DNA of 60,576 nucleotides, the filler included. It is 3 parts of 3 records of this genome, joined end to end, with 100 filler letters (N's around TTAATTAATTAA, not from the genome) between each part and the next. Parts side by side here need not be neighbours in the genome. Positions count along the whole stretch, not along the records: positions 44,452 to 60,576 come from SRR31156797_364; 2 more parts are not named here. One strand, given 5' to 3'. Every line of letters starts with the position of its first letter. Position 1 is the stretch's first letter. Shown here piece by piece: positions 48,294 to 57,697 of the stretch. Both the position numbers and the translations under genes were made by a program. The notes under the pieces were generated by a model. The model ran no database searches, had not been told where the DNA came from, and saw only the letters and a list, made by a program, of their open reading frames with translations.

Positions 48294-50113
48294 AAAATAT
48301 TGAGTGTACCAACGATTTTGTCATTCGTTTTGCCAATGTGAACGGCTCCGGTTCTGCCAGTGCCAATAATCTCTTTGCCAAGGCGGTATTCAGGATGGGA
48401 GTGCCGGTCAGTCCTAAAAACATCTTTCCTTCTAATATCCAGGGGCTGCCAACCTGGTATGAAGTAAGAATTAGTGAGCAGGGGTATCTTGGCCGACATG
48501 GTGATGTGGATATGGTTGTTGCCATGAATGGGCAGACCATGAAAAAGGATTATGATGGTTTGCTTCCGGGGGGGTATTTCCTCTACGATTCCTCACGCAA
48601 GTTGTCCGAGCACTACGGGCGGGATGATGTCGTATTGATCGGCATTCCTTTGACCCAAATCTGCAATGATGCCTTTGAGAATCCCAAAATGCGCGGGCTG
48701 CTGAAAAATATTATTTATGTCGGCGCTCTTGCCTTTTTGCTGGATATGGAACTTGAGGTATTGACCTCCTCGGTTGAAAAGCAGTACCGGAAGAAATCAA
48801 AGCTTATTCCCCCTAACTTAAAAGCTTTACAACTCGGTTTTGAGTATGCAAAGGACAACTATAGAGGTGTCTGTAAACTTGCCATTTCAAGACGGAATAA
48901 CGTAGGAGATGCCATCATCATAGATGGCAATGCTGCAACCGGTCTTGGTGCTCTCTATGGAGGGGCATCCGTAGTCGGATGGTATCCTATCACCCCATCT
49001 ACCTCTGTGATTGAATCGTTTGGCCGTTATGCTGATCGATTTCGGAGAGAAACTGAAAGCGGACGGCTAAAAGCAGCTATTGTTCAGGCAGAGGACGAGT
49101 TGGCAGCCCTTGGTATTGTTATTGGTGCTTCCTGGAACGGAGCTAGAGCGTTTACCGCCACAAGCGGTCCTGGGGTATCACTTATGAGTGAGTTTCTTGG
49201 GCTTGCCTATTTCGCGGAAATTCCTGCGGTGTTGGTCAATGTACAGCGCACTGGCCCTTCCACTGGAATGCCAACCAGGACACAGCAGGGGGATATTTTG
49301 GCGTGTGGTTATGCCTCCCACGGTGACACCAAGCAGGTATTACTTTTTCCCTGTAATCCAAAAGAGTGTTTTGACATGACCGCAGATGCCTTTGATTTTG
49401 CAGAGCGTTTGCAGGCGCCGGTCATTGTTATGAGTGACTTGGATTTGGGGATGAATGATCACATGAGTCCACCCCTTGGTTGGGACGATAATCGCACCTA
49501 TGATAGGGGCAAAGTGCTTGACCAAAACCAATTGGAGGAACTGGGCGACAGCTGGGGGCGTTATTTGGACGTGGACGGTGACGGTATCGGATACCGGACC
49601 TATCCCGGCACCCATCCCACCAAAGGGTCATACTTTACCCGTGGTACATCCCATGATGAGTATTCAAAATATACAGAAGAAAGCAGCGCCTACGAGCAGA
49701 ACATGCAGCGTTTGCTGCAGAAGTGGGAAACCGCCAGGGAACTGGTACCTGCTCCTGAGATAATAGTTCATGATGAAGCTGCTGCCGTTGGGATGCTGTA
49801 TTACGGCACCAGCACAGATGCGGCTTTGGAAGCTGTGGACCAGCTCAAAGAACAAGGGGTAGTGATTAATACCCTGCGCATTAAAGCATTTCCCTTTCAC
49901 CTGGATGTGGAAAACTTTGTAGGGCAACACGATTTGGTCTATGTGATTGAGCAAAATAGGGACGGCCAGATGAAAACTTTATTAATAAATGAATTTGGTT
50001 TACAGCCGGATAAACTCACTTCGGTTTTGCATTATGACGGGTTGCCTATCACCGCCCGAATAATTACCAGCGCCATCAGTGCATCCATCACAAAGAAAGG
50101 AGGGAAAGCATGA
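48290..50113 (+). CDS. 2-oxoacid:acceptor oxidoreductase subunit alpha (gamma-alpha fused)
   Basis: NGSGS, YPITPSTS, QAEDE, ATSGPG, QRTGPSTGMPT, IEQN; 4-bp overlap with the upstream gene. Confidence 0.93.
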   Translation: MKNIECTNDFVIRFANVNGSGSASANNLFAKAVFRMGVPVSPKNIFPSNIQGLPTWYEVRISEQGYLGRHGDVDMVVAMNGQTMKKDYDGLLPGGYFLYDSSRKLSEHYGRDDVVLIGIPLTQICNDAFENPKMRGLLKNIIYVGALAFLLDMELEVLTSSVEKQYRKKSKLIPPNLKALQLGFEYAKDNYRGVCKLAISRRNNVGDAIIIDGNAATGLGALYGGASVVGWYPITPSTSVIESFGRYADRFRRETESGRLKAAIVQAEDELAALGIVIGASWNGARAFTATSGPGVSLMSEFLGLAYFAEIPAVLVNVQRTGPSTGMPTRTQQGDILACGYASHGDTKQVLLFPCNPKECFDMTADAFDFAERLQAPVIVMSDLDLGMNDHMSPPLGWDDNRTYDRGKVLDQNQLEELGDSWGRYLDVDGDGIGYRTYPGTHPTKGSYFTRGTSHDEYSKYTEESSAYEQNMQRLLQKWETARELVPAPEIIVHDEAAAVGMLYYGTSTDAALEAVDQLKEQGVVINTLRIKAFPFHLDVENFVGQHDLVYVIEQNRDGQMKTLLINEFGLQPDKLTSVLHYDGLPITARIITSAISASITKKGGKA

Positions 50114-51162
50114 CATTCTTTCGACCCAGTTTCCGACACCCGGACCTGCCTCCCAATGAAGCTGGTTATTACCTGAAAGATTACGAGGGCGGAATATCAA
50201 CCTTGTGTGCCGGTTGCGGCCACGATTCCACCAATGCTGCTATCATTCAGGCGTGTTTTGAGCTATCGATTCCACCGCATAAAATTGCTAAAATTTCAGG
50301 TATTGGTTGTTCCTCTAAAAGTCCTGCCTACCTGCTTGGCAAGGCGCATGGTTTTAATTCGGTGCATGGGCGTATGCCGTCCATTGTAACCGGGGCAAAC
50401 ATGGCTAACCGTGATTTGCTCTATCTTGGCATCTCCGGTGATGGTGATACTGCCTCTATCGGAATGGGGCAGTTTGCTCATGCAGTTCGGAGAAATCTGA
50501 ACATGGTCTATATTATGATGAATAATGGTTGTTACGGGTTAACCAAAGGCCAGTACTCGGCAACCGCAGATAAAGGCTCGGTGGGGAAAAAGGGCGATCC
50601 AAATCTGCTGGAATCCATTGATCTTTGTGAGATTGCCATTCAATTGGGGGCAGGTTTTGTTGGGCGCAGTTTTTCCGGTGACAAGAGGCAGCTCGTTCCT
50701 ATGTTGAAAGCTGCCATGTCTCATACCGGTATGGCCTTTATTGATGTTATTTCCCCCTGTGTCACCTTTAATAATACCCCTGGGTCAACCAAGAGCTATC
50801 ATTGGGTGCGTGAGCACAGTGAGGCCACGAACACGTTTGACTACGTACCTTTTAAGCAGGAGATAACTACAGATTATGAGGACGGGGCAACTGAGAGTGT
50901 GGTCCTTCATGACAGCAGTGTCATCCATCTTCACAAAGCCGACAGCTCTGTCCATGTGACTGACAGGCGTCAGGCCGTTGATGCTTTGGAGGAACACAAG
51001 GAAAAAGGGCTGATATTAACAGGGGTTCTATATATTGATCCAGACAGTGAAGATACCCACCATATATTAGATACAAGTCAGCAGCCGTTGAATACACTTG
51101 GCGAAAAAGACCTCTGTCCTGGAAATGAGGCGCTGCAGTCGCTCAACGAAAGTCTGCGTTGA
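50110..51162 (+). CDS. 2-oxoacid:ferredoxin oxidoreductase subunit beta
   Basis: LCAGCGH, SGIGCSS, HGR, GDGD...NN TPP motif, YGLTKGQ, SPCVTFN. Confidence 0.93.
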   Translation: MTFFRPSFRHPDLPPNEAGYYLKDYEGGISTLCAGCGHDSTNAAIIQACFELSIPPHKIAKISGIGCSSKSPAYLLGKAHGFNSVHGRMPSIVTGANMANRDLLYLGISGDGDTASIGMGQFAHAVRRNLNMVYIMMNNGCYGLTKGQYSATADKGSVGKKGDPNLLESIDLCEIAIQLGAGFVGRSFSGDKRQLVPMLKAAMSHTGMAFIDVISPCVTFNNTPGSTKSYHWVREHSEATNTFDYVPFKQEITTDYEDGATESVVLHDSSVIHLHKADSSVHVTDRRQAVDALEEHKEKGLILTGVLYIDPDSEDTHHILDTSQQPLNTLGEKDLCPGNEALQSLNESLR

Positions 51163-51180
51163 GACTTATGCAAAGGGAAG

Positions 51181-51229
51181 AAAAAAAGCCCATCACCTGC
51201 CATGGAAAAACCATGACTGGTGATGGGCT
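51181..51229. terminator. Terminator between convergent genes
   Basis: AGCCCATCACC/GGTGATGGGCT stem with A7 on the left. Confidence 0.75.
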
Positions 51230-51265
51230 GCAAGAGAATGGGCAGAGTAAAAGTATTTTACCTGC

Positions 51266-52888
51266 TTAGAGAAAAAGGTAAGTAGCGGCAAGACCCGTAA
51301 TTGACATGGTGATGGTGTAAGGAAGGGCCAAGTATACCATGCGGCCATAAGACAGCCTGATCACGGGTGCCAGGGCAGAGGTAAGCAGGAACAAGAATGC
51401 TGCCTGTCCGTTAGGTGTTGCCACACTTGGGATATTGGTACCAGTATTAATGGCAACCGCAAGCTTGTCGAACTGCGTCATCAGAGCACCAGCCTGCTCA
51501 GATACTGCCTGTGGGAGAGTTGCCAACACTTCGCTGCGAGGATGGTGAGGGTCTGTAAGCTTATCCATAAGCTCAGCCCCGGTCATCCCGATATTTGGCA
51601 AGGCATCCAATGCGTGGACAAAGTGGGTTTTGGTTTCTCCAATGTAGACGGTTGCCACAAAGACGTTGTCAGAGATCATGGAAAGAACACCGTTGGCAAT
51701 ATAGTAGGCAGCCAACTGTGATTGTCCCTTGAGACTGAGTACATATTCAATGACCGGTGTGAAAAGGTGCTGGTCATGGATAACTGCTACAATGGCAAAA
51801 AAGACTACCAGCAGAGCAGTAAAAGGCAGGGCCTCTTCAAAAGCCTTGCCCAGTTGGTGTTCTTCAACCACACCATTGAGAGAGGTAAGCAGCACGATAA
51901 CCGATAGGCCGATGATCCCTACTGCCGCAAGGTGCATGGCCAGGGCAACCATAAGCCAGACACCTGTCAGAGCCTGGATGATCAATTTTGCACGACCAAG
52001 ATGACCTCGTTTGGCCTCCATCTTGATTTCTGTTTCCAGGAGATGGGAGCGGATGTTGCCGGGCATCTCGACTCCATAGCTAAACCACTTCTTCTTTTCC
52101 AGTATATAGCATGTCAAAAGCCCTATGACTAAGACCGGCATGGAGACAGGTGCCACTTTGAGAAAAAATGGCAGGAAGTGCCAGCCCATTTCATTGGAAA
52201 TAAGCAGGTTCTGTGGTTCGCCCACCAATGTACACACTCCACCCAGTGCAGTACCGACCGCCCCGTGCATCATTAGGTTGCGCAGGAAAGCTCGGAATTG
52301 TTTGAGTTCCTCTCGTTCGGCTTCTTTTATTGCCAGGTCGCTTGTCAAATCATGACTTGTCTGGGGATCTTTACCGGAGGCATAGCGGTGGTAGACATCG
52401 TAGAAACCGTATGCAACAGCGATAATAACTGCCGTAACGGTGAGTGCATCAAGGAAGGCAGAGAGAAAGGCACCAGCAAAACAAAAAAGCAATGAAATGG
52501 CGGCCTTGGACTGCACTTTAGTCAAGATACGGGTGAAGGTGAACTGGAGGAAATCCTTCATGAAGTAGATGCCGGCCACCATGAAGATCAGGAGCAGGAT
52601 AACTTCAAAATTGTTTAATGCTTCATGGTATACTGTCTCGGGGCTGGTCATCCCGATGAAAACCGCTTCAATGGCCAGAAGTCCACCGGCAGGCAGTGGG
52701 TAGCACTTGAGGGCCATTGCCAGGGTGAATATAAACTCCGCAATTAACACCCAGCCCGCAATAAACGGACCAAATGCCTTGAAAATAATAGGGTTTATAA
52801 TCAGGAAGAGTAGGATTGCGAACTTGTACCACTTGGGGGCATTTCCCAAAAAATTTCGGGCAAATGCCTGGGGCATGGATTTGGGCAT
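51266..52888 (-). CDS. nhaB: Na+/H+ antiporter NhaB
   Basis: [74 protein letters not shown]. Confidence 0.95.
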   Translation of the reverse strand: MPKSMPQAFARNFLGNAPKWYKFAILLFLIINPIIFKAFGPFIAGWVLIAEFIFTLAMALKCYPLPAGGLLAIEAVFIGMTSPETVYHEALNNFEVILLLIFMVAGIYFMKDFLQFTFTRILTKVQSKAAISLLFCFAGAFLSAFLDALTVTAVIIAVAYGFYDVYHRYASGKDPQTSHDLTSDLAIKEAEREELKQFRAFLRNLMMHGAVGTALGGVCTLVGEPQNLLISNEMGWHFLPFFLKVAPVSMPVLVIGLLTCYILEKKKWFSYGVEMPGNIRSHLLETEIKMEAKRGHLGRAKLIIQALTGVWLMVALAMHLAAVGIIGLSVIVLLTSLNGVVEEHQLGKAFEEALPFTALLVVFFAIVAVIHDQHLFTPVIEYVLSLKGQSQLAAYYIANGVLSMISDNVFVATVYIGETKTHFVHALDALPNIGMTGAELMDKLTDPHHPRSEVLATLPQAVSEQAGALMTQFDKLAVAINTGTNIPSVATPNGQAAFLFLLTSALAPVIRLSYGRMVYLALPYTITMSITGLAATYLFL

Positions 52889-53481
52889 GGGGTGAATCTC
52901 CTATCCGTTTAGTATATACGTTTTAAAGCACGCATCGCAGTATTTACAGGCTGCAGTACAAAAAAAGTCTATAAATACAGTGAGTTTGGTGCAGGCCTTG
53001 CTTGAATGTTCGGTCAGGTTTGTCCGCCAGGATATGGCAAAAGCCGTCCAAAACAAGACATCCCGTGCAGATTGGCAGGCATAAAATGTTAGTATCTACC
53101 ATTTCTTTTTTATGGGTGTCAAGGAAGACTGCCCGAATGAGAGGGGAGTAAAAGCAGAGTGGTCCTAAGGTGAACCGATAGACTGGAAAAGTATACTACC
53201 TGATTTGTGCAGTTAAAAAGAGTTGCCGAGTTCATAAAATGCAAAAAAAATTATTAAATTAGAGGTTTAAGAGCTTTTCTGTTCTTGGAAAAATATTGCG
53301 GGATAGATAAAAAATGAGTCTATTGTGAAAGATTCTCAGTTGCTGGGTATTGTTTGTAAAATATTGATAGGATTGATCAGTCTTTTTTATTGATAACAGC
53401 GTGTGCTGCACCATGGACATATGTTGGACTATTCACATGTGTACTGTGCTGAGGAAAGTATTTAAAATCAAGGGGTCAGAA

Positions 53482-53850
53482 ATGAAATTTCTTTTTTCAA
53501 CAGCAGCCTTACTTGGCTGTGTGGCTGTTGTTCTGGGAGCATGGAGCAGTCATGCTGGATTGCGCGTATTGAGTCCAGAGCAGATTGCGTTGGTGCAAAA
53601 GGGGCTGCGTTATCAGATGCACCACGCCTTGGCTCTTTTTGCTGTCTGCTGGGCAATAGCGCAGTGGCCTCAGGCGGCAACTGCTTTAACAGTTGCCGGA
53701 GGATTGCTTGTTGCCGGAGTGATTCTTTTCAGCGGTTCTTTATATATGCTGGCATTTAATATCTTTAATCCCGGTTATTTGACACCTGTTGGCGGAACAT
53801 TGTTGATTGCAGGCTGGTTGTGGCTTGCCATTGCTGTTTGGCGTGGGTAG
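53482..53850 (+). CDS. DUF423 (YgdD/TMEM256) small membrane protein
   Basis: LGAWSSH, YQMHHALAL, LFSGSLY, TPVGG..LIAGW; start moved to ATG 53482. Confidence 0.9.
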   Translation: MKFLFSTAALLGCVAVVLGAWSSHAGLRVLSPEQIALVQKGLRYQMHHALALFAVCWAIAQWPQAATALTVAGGLLVAGVILFSGSLYMLAFNIFNPGYLTPVGGTLLIAGWLWLAIAVWRG

Positions 53851-53893
53851 CTACAACCTTAAGCAACGCTATGTTGAGTAGCGACCGGTCGTT

Positions 53894-54895
53894 TCACTTT
53901 TCGATTGCTGCTACTTTCCATTGGATCTTTTCTCCAGCAAGAAATGGTCGTACCGTCCCGTAAGCCTGTGGAACTGTCCAGGCTTCACTCTGGAGGTGCA
54001 CTGTCTTAGGGACAGGGGTAATACCGTAAAAACGTTGAGCATTGTTGGTTACAAAATCTGCCAGCACATCCAGCCGATCTTCTGTTGCAAAGAGTTCAAC
54101 CAGTTTAGGCAGAGCAACAGGGGCAGAAAAAACGCCGGCTGCGCACCCGCAGCATTCCTTGGCATGGGTTGGGTGGGGTGCAGAGTCGGAACCAAACAGT
54201 ATGCGGGGATGTCCGCTCAACACAGCTGCGCGCAATGCCGCAAGATCGTGCGGGGTTTTTGCGATGGGCTTGCAGAAAAGGTGCGGCTGCATGAGGCCTC
54301 CTACCACATCATCTAAGGTGAGCAGCAGGTGATGAAGGGTGACTGTAGCAGCTACATTGGGGAATTCATCGAGAATGTCCAGGGTATCTGCAGTGGTGAT
54401 ATGTTCCATGATAATGGGAAGTCGGGGGAAGCTTTTGGCGAGCCACCTGTATATTTCCAGAAATTCCCGTTCTCTTTCCATTACAAAGCCGTTTGATTCA
54501 CCGTGAACTAAAAGGGGGAGCTGCAACTCCTCCATAAGTGCGACTGTGTCTCCTATCGCCTCAAAGTCGGCAACCCCAGCTTCGCTTTGGGTGGTTATTC
54601 CTGCCGGGTACAGTTTTATGCCGATAATGTGATCTCGAACCGCTTCCAGTTCCGCTTTTGTGTAGGGTTTGAAAAAGAGGGTCATGTATGGTGTGAAGCT
54701 GTCATCACCGATAGCATCGAGAATTACACGGCGGTAGGCAAGCAGCTTTGGCAGTGAGTCTACAGGGTCCTGTAGGTTAGGCATGACAACAGCTCCGGCA
54801 AAGTGGGCAGCACTTAATGGGGCCACAAGCTGCAGCATCTCAGCCTCGCGAAGGTGAAGGTGCATGTCCAGGGGGGCATTAATCGTAAATTGCAT
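53894..54895 (-). CDS. pyrC: Dihydroorotase, type II (E. coli-like)
   Basis: DMHLHLR, MPNL, KLYPAG.TT, VHGE, MEHITT, CKPIAK, GSDSAPH. Confidence 0.95.
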   Translation of the reverse strand: MQFTINAPLDMHLHLREAEMLQLVAPLSAAHFAGAVVMPNLQDPVDSLPKLLAYRRVILDAIGDDSFTPYMTLFFKPYTKAELEAVRDHIIGIKLYPAGITTQSEAGVADFEAIGDTVALMEELQLPLLVHGESNGFVMEREREFLEIYRWLAKSFPRLPIIMEHITTADTLDILDEFPNVAATVTLHHLLLTLDDVVGGLMQPHLFCKPIAKTPHDLAALRAAVLSGHPRILFGSDSAPHPTHAKECCGCAAGVFSAPVALPKLVELFATEDRLDVLADFVTNNAQRFYGITPVPKTVHLQSEAWTVPQAYGTVRPFLAGEKIQWKVAAIEK

Positions 54896-54941
54896 GGTTT
54901 TCTCTTCTTCGATTACATGTGGTCAGTAAGCGATATTACGC

Positions 54942-56348
54942 TTATTTTTTAGGTGGCAGCATATCTGTAATGGAGCCATCGACAATTTCTGCAGCAAAGG
55001 CAAATGTTTCAGCCAGGGTAGGGTGGGCATGGACAGTTTTACTGATATCTTCGGCATCAGCCCCCATCTCTAGTGCAAGTACGGCCTCGTGAATGATCTC
55101 GCCAGCGTTAATACCACATATGCCTGCTCCAATAATACGTCCGCTTTGTTCATCAAAAAGGACTTTGCTTACCCCGGTTGAGGCTCCAGAACTCAGCGCA
55201 CGTCCGCTGGCCCCCCATGGAAATTTACCTTTCTTGTAGGCTATTTTTTGTTCTTTGGCCTCTTTTTCCGTTATTCCTGCCCAGGCAATTTCAGGGTTTG
55301 TGTATGCAACCGACGGAATGGTCATCGGGGTGAAAGCCACTTTATGTCCGGCAATACTTTCTGCCGCAACCTTTCCCTGGTGGGTTGCTTTGTGGGCAAG
55401 CATTGGGTCTCCGACCACGTCGCCTATGGCATAGATGTGCGGGGCGACAGTTTCCTGGCACTCATTTACTGGGATACAGCCTCGCTTATCCGCTACGATG
55501 CCCAGAGATTCCAAGCCGATGTCTTGGGTGTTGGCTTTGCGGCCTACTGCAACCAAAACTGCTTCAAATTCTTCGTTGGCAGGAGCTTTTGCTCCAGCAA
55601 AAGCAACGTTAATACCACTGTCTCCTTTGGTAACGGTCTCTACTTTAGTCTTGGTAAAAATTCGATACCGCTTTTTGAGCTTGAGAAACAGGGGTTGAAT
55701 AATATCTTTATCCGCCGGGGGGATAATATGATCCAACATTTCAACTATGGTGATGGAGGTACCAAGGGCGCTGTAGATCTGAGCCATTTCCAAGCCGATA
55801 ATACCGCCGCCGATAATCAGAAGTCGCTCGGGAATGCTTTTCAGGGCAAGTGCATCGGAAGAATCCCATATTCGTTCATCATCGGGCAGGTCTGGCAGCA
55901 TAAAAGGGGCAGAGCCCGTGGCAATGACAGCATCCTTAAACGTGATTGTGGCCAGTTCGTCTCCGTGGACGGTGAGGGTACTGTTACCTGTAAAAATACC
56001 GTTGCCTTGGATACGGGTAATATTACGGGCCTTGCACAGTCCGTCCAAGCCGCCTGTCAACTGATTGATGATTTGTTGCTTATGGTTACGAAAAGCTTCC
56101 AGGTTAACCGTTGGCGTAGAAAAAGAAATTCCGAATGATTCTGCTTCTGCAGCCTCCTCAATGACTGTAGCTCCATGGAGCAGAGTCTTGGATGGAATGC
56201 AACCAACGTTAAGGCAGACACCGCCAAGGCGGCTTTCTCTTTCCACCAGGCAGACGGATAAACCGAGGTCAGCAGCCCGGAAAGCTGCGGTGTAACCACC
56301 AGGACCACCGCCAAGAACAACAACATCGGTTTGGATTTCGGTACTCAT
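54942..56348 (-). CDS. lpdA: Dihydrolipoyl dehydrogenase (E3)
   Basis: GGGPGG, GGVCLNVGCIPSK, GGGIIGLE, HAHPTLAE. Confidence 0.97.
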   Translation of the reverse strand: MSTEIQTDVVVLGGGPGGYTAAFRAADLGLSVCLVERESRLGGVCLNVGCIPSKTLLHGATVIEEAAEAESFGISFSTPTVNLEAFRNHKQQIINQLTGGLDGLCKARNITRIQGNGIFTGNSTLTVHGDELATITFKDAVIATGSAPFMLPDLPDDERIWDSSDALALKSIPERLLIIGGGIIGLEMAQIYSALGTSITIVEMLDHIIPPADKDIIQPLFLKLKKRYRIFTKTKVETVTKGDSGINVAFAGAKAPANEEFEAVLVAVGRKANTQDIGLESLGIVADKRGCIPVNECQETVAPHIYAIGDVVGDPMLAHKATHQGKVAAESIAGHKVAFTPMTIPSVAYTNPEIAWAGITEKEAKEQKIAYKKGKFPWGASGRALSSGASTGVSKVLFDEQSGRIIGAGICGINAGEIIHEAVLALEMGADAEDISKTVHAHPTLAETFAFAAEIVDGSITDMLPPKK

Positions 56349-56372
56349 GGAAAACTCCTTACGAGTGCGTAT

Positions 56373-57683
56373 TTAGAGAAGTGTTTTTTTAAGATCAGTT
56401 ATATACGATGCCAAGGTAACACTAAAGCGGGCTGCCTGGGCCCCGTCAATAATACGGTGGTCATAAGAAATGCTGAACGGCAGCATTAGGCGTGGAATAA
56501 ATTGCTCCCCATCCCAAACAGGCTGCATTTTGCTTCTCGCAAGTCCGAGGATGGCTGTTTGGGGGCCGTTAACAATGGGAGTGAAGTTAGTTCCGCCAAT
56601 ACCTCCCAGGCTGGAAATGGTAAAAGACGCGCCCTGGAGATCGTTGATGTTGAGTTTACCTTGGCGGGCTGCCTTGCTGAGTGTTGAGAGTTCAACTGCA
56701 AGGTCGGTTATCCCTTTTTGGTCGCTGTTTTTAATGACCGGTACCACCAGTCCTTGAGGGGTGTCAACGGCAACGCCGATATTGTAATAATTTTTGAGGA
56801 TTATTTTTTCGTCCGGCACGAGGGAACTGTTAAAAACCGGGTATTGCTTCAGTGCGCCGATCACAGCTTTAATAATGAGCGGCAACGGGCTTAAACGGAC
56901 CTGCTCTTGACGTGCTTCACTGTTGAGTTGTGTGCGGAATTGTTCAAGTTCAGTAATGTCAGATTCGTCAAAGTGGGTCACATGGGGGATGTTGAGCCAG
57001 CTTTTATGGAGGTGCGGGCCGGATACTTTCTGGATTCTTCCCAGGGGGATTTCTTCTATCGGGCCATGGGCGGAAAAATCCTCCAATGCAATTTTTGGTA
57101 GTGCACCAGCCATTTTTTCTGGTGCCGATGCATCCTGGTTTTGTCGCTGGAGAAGATGTTTAACCAGATTTTGAACGTCCTTTTTTAAAATTCGTCCTTT
57201 GGGTCCGGTAGCAGTTACCTGGGCAAGGTCCACCTCTAATTCGCGTGCGTAACTGCGGACAGAAGGTGTTGCGTGATACACTCCGCTCTGTCCTTGTTTA
57301 TCCGCAGCTGGCGGCGTTGCTGGTGAAGGTTGCTCGTTAGGCAGCGAAGGTTTACTTTCGTTCGCCGCAGGCGTTGCCTCCTGTTGTTGCTGGGACTTGA
57401 CATTTTGTGCCTCAGGTTCATCGTCCGCAGGACGCTTTGTTTCGAGTTCGGTCTGGATGGAGGCGATAGGCGCACCACTTTGTACTGTCTGGCCCTCTTG
57501 CACAAAGAGTTCCTCTATGGTTCCAGCCAAGGGAGAGGGGATATCCATGACTGCCTTTTCACTCTCCAGGGCGATAATGGAATCGTCAACTTGGATTGTG
57601 TCGCCGGATCGGACAAATACTTCGACAACGGTTATTTCCTGAACATCTCCAAAGTCAGGAACTGTAATAGTTTCAGTAGCCAT
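56373..57683 (-). CDS. aceF: Pyruvate dehydrogenase E2 (single lipoyl domain)
   Basis: ESEKA lipoyl site, ATPSVR..GPKGRI binding domain, SYDHRIIDGA. Confidence 0.93.
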   Translation of the reverse strand: MATETITVPDFGDVQEITVVEVFVRSGDTIQVDDSIIALESEKAVMDIPSPLAGTIEELFVQEGQTVQSGAPIASIQTELETKRPADDEPEAQNVKSQQQQEATPAANESKPSLPNEQPSPATPPAADKQGQSGVYHATPSVRSYARELEVDLAQVTATGPKGRILKKDVQNLVKHLLQRQNQDASAPEKMAGALPKIALEDFSAHGPIEEIPLGRIQKVSGPHLHKSWLNIPHVTHFDESDITELEQFRTQLNSEARQEQVRLSPLPLIIKAVIGALKQYPVFNSSLVPDEKIILKNYYNIGVAVDTPQGLVVPVIKNSDQKGITDLAVELSTLSKAARQGKLNINDLQGASFTISSLGGIGGTNFTPIVNGPQTAILGLARSKMQPVWDGEQFIPRLMLPFSISYDHRIIDGAQAARFSVTLASYITDLKKTLL

Positions 57684-57697
57684 ATTGTTCGCTCCTG

